Positions 57,225-64,000 of a stretch of DNA of 64,000 bases are shown here, in pieces. The notes beneath the pieces are model-generated. The model saw nothing but the letters and a program-made list of their open reading frames with translations. It was not told the DNA's origin and did not search any database. The position numbers were made by a program, and so were the translations under genes. The stretch is taken from the NCBI GenBank assembly GCA_002787815.1, contig PCUY01000072.1:30973-94972 (forward strand). The letters run 5' to 3'. The stretch's first letter is position 1; each line of letters starts with the position of its first letter. This DNA is from Bacteroidetes bacterium CG12_big_fil_rev_8_21_14_0_65_60_17 (GTDB taxonomy: Bacteria; Bacteroidota; Rhodothermia; Rhodothermales; UBA10348).

Positions 57225-57976
57225 CAGAGTAGCAGTTCGGCAACAATGAAATCAGCGATCAGGATGTTCACACAACTCACAACGACGGCCTGCGTCGTTG
57301 CGTTGCCGACGCCCTGGGCGCCTCCATGCGTATTGAATCCTTTCCAACAGGCAATGGACGTGATGATATATCCGAACGCAATGGACTTGGTCATGCCGTA
57401 AACGGCATCGAAGGGCGCAAAGTACGTGCGGGCACCGCGCACGAACGCATCCATCGAAAGAAATCCCATGTACTCACCGGCGAAGCCGCCGGCCGTGACC
57501 GCAACGAGAGCGGAGGCAACATACATGGCCGGGAACATGAGAAGGCCCGCCAGAACGCGTGGCAGGACGAGGTGACTGACGCTGTTGAGCCCCATGGCTT
57601 CGAGCGCATCGATCTGTTCCGAAACCTTCATGGTACCGATTTCAGCAGCGACGCTGGCTCCTACACGCGAGGCCATGACCAAGCCAGGGACGAGAGCGCA
57701 GAGCTCCAGCATGAGTGTCGGGACGACGATGGCCCCGATGGCATCTTCCGTAAGAACGGTGTTCTGGAGTTGGTAGGCCGTCTGGAGCGTTGTTACGATA
57801 CCGGCAAATGCACTGGCAAGCATGACCACGGGAAGGGCGTTGAAGCCCAGCCGCACGGCCTGGTGGAAGACCTCCCGGCGCAGGTGTACGGCCGAGCGCG
57901 CCGAGGACACGGCTTTGCCCATGAACAGCACGTAGTTGCCAAGGGACGACACAAGACTGGTAACGGGCGTCATCAT
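57224..57976 (-). CDS. mlaE: MlaE-family ABC transporter permease (no adjacent ATPase or MCE partner)
   Basis: RLGFNALPVVMLASAFAGIVTTLQ, EIGTMKVSEQIDALEAMG and the GGAQGVGNATTQAVV core motifs of MlaE/Ttg2B permeases. Confidence 0.85.
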   Translation of the reverse strand: MMTPVTSLVSSLGNYVLFMGKAVSSARSAVHLRREVFHQAVRLGFNALPVVMLASAFAGIVTTLQTAYQLQNTVLTEDAIGAIVVPTLMLELCALVPGLVMASRVGASVAAEIGTMKVSEQIDALEAMGLNSVSHLVLPRVLAGLLMFPAMYVASALVAVTAGGFAGEYMGFLSMDAFVRGARTYFAPFDAVYGMTKSIAFGYIITSIACWKGFNTHGGAQGVGNATTQAVVVSCVNILIADFIVAELLL

Positions 57977-57977
57977 G

Positions 57978-60641
57978 TCATGAATCGGAAATTGCGCTGG
58001 ATGTTCGGGCGGCAGGGTTGGTCAACGCCGTGTCTCTTTTGCGGGCTTCGCGCAATGTGCGCCATATGTTGCCGATGCCGTCGGGTTGGACGCCTTGTTG
58101 TCTGTTTGCGCTTCCAATACGGAAGGCAAGCATCCACTGGTTCATGAGCGTGAGCCACGCCCTGATAAGGGACGTATCCGGATCGTATATGTGTGTCGCT
58201 TCGGAAGATACGCCGTTGAGCTCCAGGATTTTGAAACCGTCTCCATGGACGAGACGGCCCGGGTCGGGCACCCGGACGTCGTATCGACCGAAGAAGAAAC
58301 CGTCTGTCTGACGGGAAATCCGGTCAATCGTTTCCGAGAGGGCAGGACTCATGTGTAGGCTTCCATCCAGGAAAAGGGCGCCACGGCAGTGCGTGCCCAC
58401 CTCGGCAAGGGGAATCCGCGTACCCTCCTCGAAAACATGGCCGAGATCGGAGGAGAATCGCTTCATGAAGAGGGGTGCCATGCTGACGGCGCGGTCATCA
58501 TCCAGAATGAGCCGCTCAAGGGTCCGGCGTCCATCGGCGCGTAGCCAGACGGGACGTTTTTCCGTCACTGAAAAAATCCATCCCACTGACTGCCCGGGTT
58601 CGCGAATGTAGAATATGCCGAGTTCCAGGCCATCTACGAATTCCTGGGCAATGATGTCGCCATTGTTGTGGGAGAAATAGTGCTCAATGTCTGCCCGGGA
58701 CCGCGCAATCCAGACGCCCTGCCCGCGTTCACCCACATCAGGTTTGAGAACAATCGGATACGACAATCCGTGCTGCTCCATGAAGGCGAGCACCCGTTCG
58801 GTCCGGTTGCCGGCGGTTGAAGGGATGAGGCGCCATGTGGCGACGTGGTCTTCGCTGTGGCTGAGAAGGCCGAGGATGTCCTGCTTGCGCTCACCCAGGA
58901 AGCCGCCGGTAAACATACCGGGGTTGGCGGCAGTGAACAGGGTCAGGGAGCGGTGCCGGATGGCCAGGATGAGTATCCACACGGCGATTGGGGCATAGAA
59001 GATATATGCCGGCCAGAATTCCCACCGGGATATACGGTGCCACCGGGAGAGGAGTCGGCGCCGTCCGTTGTGCGTCGTGAGTGGGATTCCCACGTGGATG
59101 CTCACGTACAGGACGGCCACCAGAATGACAAGGATCCAAAGGGCGTAAGCCTCATATGCGGCATAGAAATCGAAAATACCCATGCCGGCCCACGCCGAGA
59201 GTCCCGTAATGAGCGGCGTCCAGACAACGGCGGCTGCCAGGAAGTATCCCAGGAATACCCAGAATGGTGTCCGTAGCAATCCTGCGGCGACGTAGGTGGG
59301 GAGACGGGTTCCGGGCACAAACCGACTGGCCAGGATGACGTGCGGACCCTTCTCGCAGAACCAGCTGGCACCGCGCTCGAGCTGGGACTCCTTGAGCATC
59401 CAGGAAAACGGTGGGATGGTGAGCAGGCGTCGTCCCAGCAGCCGCCCCGCGGCGTACAGACCAACATCCCCGATCACAATGCCGAGGAAGGCAGCCAACA
59501 GGGCAATTTCAATGGATATCGTGCCGCGTGCGGCGAGCAGGCCGGCTCCAATGGCGGAAAGATCCTCGCTGATGAACGAGACGAATATGATCAGGACAAC
59601 CAGGACGAAGAGGCCGAATCCGGATGAAGGGGGTACGTTTGCGGCATCGAACGGGAGCCTGGAAGCGCGTACACGGTTCTCTTCGGCTGTGGCGCGGGTC
59701 GGCGCCTCCCGGCGCTCGACCCGCGCCACAAATTCTCCGATATACCGGGCCGTCATTTCGGCTTCCTGGAAGGGCAGGCCGTGTCCGTGTGCCTCGAGCC
59801 CGACCAGCTCGCTCTGCGGTACGAGGCGGTGGTGTTCGAGTGCCGCCTCGAATGGCACGAGTGGGTCGTCTTTTCCATGTATGATCTGCATCGGGCCATC
59901 CCAGCAAGAGAGATGGTCACGCAGCGGGCGCTGGTCCGTATCGTAGAAATTCCGAGCGTAGGACATACCCAGGATGGCATCGTCAAACCACCCAAAATGT
60001 GGCACCAGCTCAGACACGGTCCAGATGGCGGCAAGCTGCAATGCATGAACTGCCCGATTCAGGTGGTACTCGCCCATGAGTTCCAGCTCCTGAACGCCAA
60101 TGGACGAGAGCAGCTGAAGCGAGGCCATTCGGCGGGGCGCAGCGTGGGCTGCTTCAATGGCGACACCTCCGCCCATGCTGTATCCGACAAGATGCGAGCG
60201 TGCAATGCCAAGCGAGTCCTGCAGTGCCAACAGGTATTTCGCGTGTGCGGCAATGGAGTAGTCTTTGATGTGCCGCGTCGACCCACCGAAACCCGGTAAA
60301 TCGGGGGTGATAACGCGGAAACGTCCCCCGTCGGAGAGTTCCTTGTGCAGCGCCCGCAGGGAACGGGATGCAACCGGACTGCCGTGCAATACGATGATCA
60401 CGGGGAGCGCCGTCGGAACGGCAGCAGGGGTGGAGACCGGCTGTGAGTCCAGGAACGCCATGCGTACGGGCGTGGCACCGGGTTCGAGTGCCACCATGCG
60501 AACGCGTTGATCGTCGAGTGGTCCCGGTTCGTCCTGCATCCACCGGGTCAGGTGTGATGCCGCAAGCAGCACCAGCCAAACCAGAAGAATTTGTCCCACG
60601 AGCCGCCGCAGGCGGCTCGTGGATGCCTCCTTTTGCGTCAA
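57978..60641 (-). CDS. 887-aa fusion: alpha/beta hydrolase + DedA/VTT membrane domain + extra TM hairpin + ATP-grasp carboxylate-amine ligase-like domain
   Basis: aa ~78-305 form an alpha/beta hydrolase (HGSPV, nucleophile elbow GYSMGGG, HGKDDPLV, HGHGLPFQ). aa ~340-490 are DedA-like (FISEDLSAIGAGLLAARG, ASRFVPGTRLPTYVAAG). aa ~595-845 are ATP-grasp-like (YPIVLKPDVGERGQGVWI, IIAQEFVDGLELGIFY, FKILELNGVSSEATHIYD). Confidence 0.75.
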   Translation of the reverse strand: MTQKEASTSRLRRLVGQILLVWLVLLAASHLTRWMQDEPGPLDDQRVRMVALEPGATPVRMAFLDSQPVSTPAAVPTALPVIIVLHGSPVASRSLRALHKELSDGGRFRVITPDLPGFGGSTRHIKDYSIAAHAKYLLALQDSLGIARSHLVGYSMGGGVAIEAAHAAPRRMASLQLLSSIGVQELELMGEYHLNRAVHALQLAAIWTVSELVPHFGWFDDAILGMSYARNFYDTDQRPLRDHLSCWDGPMQIIHGKDDPLVPFEAALEHHRLVPQSELVGLEAHGHGLPFQEAEMTARYIGEFVARVERREAPTRATAEENRVRASRLPFDAANVPPSSGFGLFVLVVLIIFVSFISEDLSAIGAGLLAARGTISIEIALLAAFLGIVIGDVGLYAAGRLLGRRLLTIPPFSWMLKESQLERGASWFCEKGPHVILASRFVPGTRLPTYVAAGLLRTPFWVFLGYFLAAAVVWTPLITGLSAWAGMGIFDFYAAYEAYALWILVILVAVLYVSIHVGIPLTTHNGRRRLLSRWHRISRWEFWPAYIFYAPIAVWILILAIRHRSLTLFTAANPGMFTGGFLGERKQDILGLLSHSEDHVATWRLIPSTAGNRTERVLAFMEQHGLSYPIVLKPDVGERGQGVWIARSRADIEHYFSHNNGDIIAQEFVDGLELGIFYIREPGQSVGWIFSVTEKRPVWLRADGRRTLERLILDDDRAVSMAPLFMKRFSSDLGHVFEEGTRIPLAEVGTHCRGALFLDGSLHMSPALSETIDRISRQTDGFFFGRYDVRVPDPGRLVHGDGFKILELNGVSSEATHIYDPDTSLIRAWLTLMNQWMLAFRIGSANRQQGVQPDGIGNIWRTLREARKRDTALTNPAARTSSAISDS

Positions 60642-60643
60642 AA

Positions 60644-61177
60644 TCAGGTCCTACTGCCTGTAACAAGAGAAGCGCGATGTTGGAGCGTCGACGGGGCGAC
60701 GCCGAAATCCGGAGTCGGCTCCACCCCCTGGATGCGAAGAATGATCGCGATCAGGGCGTAATGGTGTATGGTATGGGCCTGCAAATACTGAAGCTCCCTC
60801 AATATGGTGGAGTTGGAAAGGGGTGAGGAGCTGTCCGGAGCGTGGGAAGCAGCCATTTTTATTTCAAGTGCTGCGTCGGAGGAGTCGATTGCATTCAGAT
60901 CGTCAATGAGGTTTCCCATCACATCAATGGCAAAACTGCGACTGGACGATATCCTGTCGTCCCGTTTCCGGGCATCGTAGTCAACTCGTCCGGAGGCAAG
61001 CCCGTCGAGGAACAGTTGATAGTGTTCCACAATGTGGCGCATATGCTCACCCACACCGGACGGGAAAAGTGCAGCTCGGGTCGCTGTGTATTGCTCATCG
61101 GTGAGTGAGGCAAGAAGGTCCATGCCTTGCCTGATATGCACCTGGTTCAGGGCTACAAGGTTGTCTGTGCGCTTCAT
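60644..61177 (-). CDS. DinB-family (four-helix-bundle, metal-binding) protein
   Basis: His-rich helices (GEHMRHIVEHYQLF; YLQAHTIHHYALI) are typical of the DinB/YfiT-like superfamily. Confidence 0.65.
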   Translation of the reverse strand: MKRTDNLVALNQVHIRQGMDLLASLTDEQYTATRAALFPSGVGEHMRHIVEHYQLFLDGLASGRVDYDARKRDDRISSSRSFAIDVMGNLIDDLNAIDSSDAALEIKMAASHAPDSSSPLSNSTILRELQYLQAHTIHHYALIAIILRIQGVEPTPDFGVAPSTLQHRASLVTGSRT

Positions 61178-61944
61178 CTGGCTGTCGTTGTGGGTGACTG
61201 CAAATATAGGTTTTCTACGGAATGGAAAGCGGCCTTGGACAATGTCTTACGGTCCGCGGGCTCAATGGGTGCGTGTCCGTACTGGATACGTGCATTGAAT
61301 CGCGGAAACGTTAGCAGGCGCCACAAATGGTCTGCAAACGTCATGTCTCCCCACCAGCACAGATCCGTCCTGGCATCGCCGCCTGGCAGATCATAGGATA
61401 TGGCTGCCGTGTGGACAGGCAGTCCGACTTCGGCAGGAACGGACATGAGCGATGCCTTGAAGGGGAGTATACCGGCCCCGGAAGATGACGTGCCCTCAGG
61501 AAAAAAAACGATACCGTCGCCTTCTGCAAGCACGTCGCGCATGTCGGCCGCTACCCGAGGTATGTCGCGGCTGCGTGATCGGTCAATGAAAATGGTGCCA
61601 AACGTTCTTGCCAGCCATCCGATGCCTGGCCACGCGGCCAGGTCGGCACGCGAGACGAGCCGCGCTTTTGTGGTGGCGATGACCACGAGGATATCAAGGT
61701 AGCCTTGGTGGTTGGCCACAAGACAGAAAGGCGGCTCGGGCGGGACACCCCTCACGTCCAGACGGCACCCCATGATACGGAGAAGGCCATCGGCCCACCG
61801 TGTTGTGATGGCATGCCGCCATGAGACACGGCCATGAACGCTTCTGTTCCGATACAGGCCGACAGCCCACCAGGTGAACGTCAGGAGGAGGGTATGAAGG
61901 ACGATGGCCACGAGCCGTCCGCCGGCTCGCACACGCTTGATCAT
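61174..61944 (-). CDS. PlsC/OlsA-type lysophospholipid (O-)acyltransferase
   Basis: HX4D motif NHQGYLD, FFPEGTSS, and an N-terminal membrane anchor. 4-bp overlaps with both neighbours. Confidence 0.8.
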   Translation of the reverse strand: MIKRVRAGGRLVAIVLHTLLLTFTWWAVGLYRNRSVHGRVSWRHAITTRWADGLLRIMGCRLDVRGVPPEPPFCLVANHQGYLDILVVIATTKARLVSRADLAAWPGIGWLARTFGTIFIDRSRSRDIPRVAADMRDVLAEGDGIVFFPEGTSSSGAGILPFKASLMSVPAEVGLPVHTAAISYDLPGGDARTDLCWWGDMTFADHLWRLLTFPRFNARIQYGHAPIEPADRKTLSKAAFHSVENLYLQSPTTTAR

Positions 61945-62741
61945 GAAAGGGTATAGAACGCCAGATCGGACTCCTGCAGGTTCTTCACGTCGAAGAGTGC
62001 AAGGAAGTCTATTGTCTTGAATTCCCGGTCCATGGCTGGAGGACCACAGATTCGGGCTCCAAAACTAAGGTACGCACGCATGAGGCGCGGCGGTCGAACG
62101 GGTTCGATTGTGGATCCCGCCGGAATTTCATCGCAACAGGCATGATCCGGTTGCGGAAAGATGTGCACATCCGGATGCATGTGTCCATGCTGCACCAGGT
62201 ATGCATACACGGCACGTCCCTCGAGTGGGTCCTGGCTGGTCAGGGAGCAACAACCGAACAGGAAGCGTGTACCCGTCGCCTGCAGGTAGTATCCGATACC
62301 TTTCCAGAGCAGGTAGAGGACTTTCAGGCTTCGATGCTCCCGCAATATGCACGCTCGGCCTGTTTCCACACTCCGGTCAAGAATGGAACTTGGCACGCTC
62401 GAAAAATCGAACTCGTTCCGGGAGTACCAGCCTTGGCCCGCGCGCGCCATGGAGGCGGTTTGCATCCTGTACGTACCGACGATCCGTCCCGATGGAACGT
62501 GCCGTACGAACAGATGATGAAACACATCATCGTAGCGGTCGCTGTCACGACCTGTGTCGTGCGATGCGTCCAGCCCTTCATTCAACTCCAGGTTGAATAC
62601 ATTGTAGCGCAGTTCCTGGACGGCATGCAACTCGGCCTGTGTATGAACCCAGCTCAACTCATATGCCCCGTTGACAAATGTCCGGTCCGGGGGACGCACC
62701 GCACCACTCGGGCGATTGGATATGTCAGGCTGTGCGCTCAT
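61941..62741 (-). CDS. OlsB/GlsB-type GNAT N-acyltransferase (N-acyl amino acid / aminolipid synthase)
   Basis: ELHAVQELRYNVFNLELNEG...DRYDDVFHHLFVRH...IVGTYRMQ...YSRNEFDF...ETGRACILREHRS resembles the hemolysin-like OlsB family (Acetyltransf_5-type). Confidence 0.78.
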   Translation of the reverse strand: MSAQPDISNRPSGAVRPPDRTFVNGAYELSWVHTQAELHAVQELRYNVFNLELNEGLDASHDTGRDSDRYDDVFHHLFVRHVPSGRIVGTYRMQTASMARAGQGWYSRNEFDFSSVPSSILDRSVETGRACILREHRSLKVLYLLWKGIGYYLQATGTRFLFGCCSLTSQDPLEGRAVYAYLVQHGHMHPDVHIFPQPDHACCDEIPAGSTIEPVRPPRLMRAYLSFGARICGPPAMDREFKTIDFLALFDVKNLQESDLAFYTLS

Positions 62742-62804
62742 GGCGGGATTTTACGTATACTACGATCGCTTTGTTGTCCTCAGAATAACCATTACGTAAA
62801 GATC

Positions 62805-63170
62805 ATGTCGGACGTCACACTTTTCACATGGGACAGTATGCCCAAGGAAGAACTGTCACCTCAGATTTCGCGCCGCCTCGTGAGCGGCGAGCGTGTGATG
62901 TTGGCGCACGTCTACCTCAAAAAAGGAAGCATTGTACCGCGTCACCAACACGACAACGAACAGATCACGTACATCCTTGAAGGGTCACTCCGCTTTTTCA
63001 TTGGCGAGAACGGTGAAAAGGTGGTCGATGTCCATGCCGGCCAGGTTCTCCACATTCCATCCAATGTCTGGCACAAGGCAGAGGCGCTCGAAGATACCCT
63101 TGACGTGGACGTATTCAGTCCGCCGCGGCAGGACTGGCTGGATGGTTCGGATGCCTATCTTCGGGGCTGA
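62805..63170 (+). CDS. cupin-domain protein
   Basis: The 121-aa C-terminal part of a 342-aa ORF. It starts at ATG 62805 (MSDVTLFTWDS...) and has cupin motifs (PRHQHDNEQITYILEG...HIPSNVWH). The upstream part of that ORF runs antisense to the olsB-like gene. Confidence 0.8.
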   Translation: MSDVTLFTWDSMPKEELSPQISRRLVSGERVMLAHVYLKKGSIVPRHQHDNEQITYILEGSLRFFIGENGEKVVDVHAGQVLHIPSNVWHKAEALEDTLDVDVFSPPRQDWLDGSDAYLRG

Positions 63171-63808
63171 CCAGCAGTTGACAGGGAACGGAGGTACTTC
63201 TTGAAACCGGGTTTGTTGTAATTGGCCATGCCGGAGTGGACCGTACCGAGCGTGCCATCCGATCCAATGACATAGGTTGTGGGAAGTACGCGACTTGTGT
63301 ACGGCTCCGGAAGCGGGCCGGCGAGCCGATATACGGGAAGCGTGAACCCTTTCTGCTCCATGTAGAGCTTCGCCTCCTGCGCCGTATCGTCGGTGGAGAT
63401 CATTACAAAGATGATATCCTCATCCTGCACGTCCTGGTAAAGCGCCTCGATATAGGGCATTTCTGCGAGGCACGGAGGGCACCAAGTCGCCCATATGTTC
63501 ATGAAAATGGGTTTTCCCTTGAACCGGGAAAGCGACACGGGTTGGCCGTCCAGCGTCACGAGGTCGACGTCGAAGTTTGCCGGCACCCGTTTTTCTTCGG
63601 CCCAGTTCACGTCTGCCTGGAAGAGCCCCGTCGCCAGGACCGCCTGCTGCAACCATCCCTGTGCCGTTGTGCCTGTATCGGAAAAACGGAAGAAGGCGAA
63701 TATGCCGACGATGGCGACCGCCTCCGCCAGGAGGCGCAGTCGGGAACGGCGCTTCGGCTGTGTATTCCGGTTGTGTGTTTCTGTTGGGGTCTCGTGGTTG
63801 TGCATCAC
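63155..63808 (-). CDS. TlpA-family thiol:disulfide oxidoreductase (membrane-anchored thioredoxin fold)
   Basis: TM anchor followed by FMNIWATWCPPCLAEMPY (CxxC). Confidence 0.85.
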   Translation of the reverse strand: MMHNHETPTETHNRNTQPKRRSRLRLLAEAVAIVGIFAFFRFSDTGTTAQGWLQQAVLATGLFQADVNWAEEKRVPANFDVDLVTLDGQPVSLSRFKGKPIFMNIWATWCPPCLAEMPYIEALYQDVQDEDIIFVMISTDDTAQEAKLYMEQKGFTLPVYRLAGPLPEPYTSRVLPTTYVIGSDGTLGTVHSGMANYNKPGFKKYLRSLSTAGQPRR

Positions 63809-63868
63809 TTTCCTGGGGAGCGTGTCTGCTTGGACTGTGAGAATGACATCGTGTTACGCACTTCTGTT

Positions 63869-64000
63869 CTATATGTCGAATGTCATTCCTTCGCGTGCTG
63901 CGGAGCATGCAGTAGTCGGCATGAGAGTGGAAGAGGCCTTGTGGCACAGCCTGTCAATATCGGCGTCACTTCGGCTGTAGTCGTGATGGAACAGGATCAA
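63869..64000 (-). CDS. possible 3' end of a gene extending beyond the window (product unknown)
   Basis: The minus-strand frame is open from the window edge (LILFHHDYSRSDADIDRLCHKASS...FDI*) with a high-GC3 first part and a TAG stop at 63869-63871. There is no other support. Confidence 0.25.
   Translation of the reverse strand: MILFHHDYSRSDADIDRLCHKASSTLMPTTACSAAREGMTFDI

Noticed and set aside
1-64000. Mobile elements, defence islands, CRISPR arrays, integrases, toxin-antitoxin pairs, rRNA and tRNA genes
   Set aside because: I scanned the ORF translations and intergenic regions. I saw no transposase, integrase, Cas or restriction-enzyme-like motifs and no spaced direct-repeat arrays. No intergenic gap exceeds ~300 bp, and each gap is accounted for by promoters or a terminator.

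Overview
This is a 64-kb, high-GC (roughly 60%), very gene-dense chromosomal segment. I call about 66 protein genes. Many are joined by 1-4 bp start/stop overlaps, and several convergent gene pairs overlap at their 3' ends. The gene content points to a Rhodothermia/Bacteroidota-type bacterium (inference only): T9SS-style C-terminal sorting domains, PorV/PorQ-like barrels, DUF2723, a TonB-dependent receptor paired with DUF4249, and BshA. Most genes are housekeeping: gyrA, dnaG, ppk1, fumC, panCD, coaD, lipA, pdxB/pdxJ/era, dapF/lysA, rplU/rpmA, rsmI/rsmD. I found no rRNA, tRNA, CRISPR array, IS element, integrase or prophage signature. Three things stand out. (1) A regulatory module at 49.1-54.5 kb encodes a helical-repeat protein, an HDOD protein, a sensor-less histidine kinase and a sigma-54 activator. 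Near-perfect sigma-54 -24/-12 promoters sit both in front of this operon and in front of a downstream operon encoding a small membrane protein and a FliA-type sigma factor. Paired CGGAA-N5-TTCCG dyads lie upstream of the second promoter. A strong sigma-28-type promoter lies 40 kb away, in front of a SleB-like cell-wall hydrolase gene. (2) A tightly coupled six-gene minus-strand operon at 55.99-62.74 kb begins with the OlsB/PlsC-type gene pair for amino-acid lipid synthesis. It continues with a DinB protein, an 887-aa alpha/beta-hydrolase + DedA + ATP-grasp fusion, an orphan MlaE permease and LysA. I read this as a candidate undescribed aminolipid modification and trafficking pathway. (3) A translationally coupled cluster at 18.5-22.8 kb encodes a lipoprotein, a BNR-repeat protein with a sorting-type C-terminal domain, and two tandem PorV/PorQ-like barrels. 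All functional calls come from reading motifs in the supplied translations by eye; no database search was possible.
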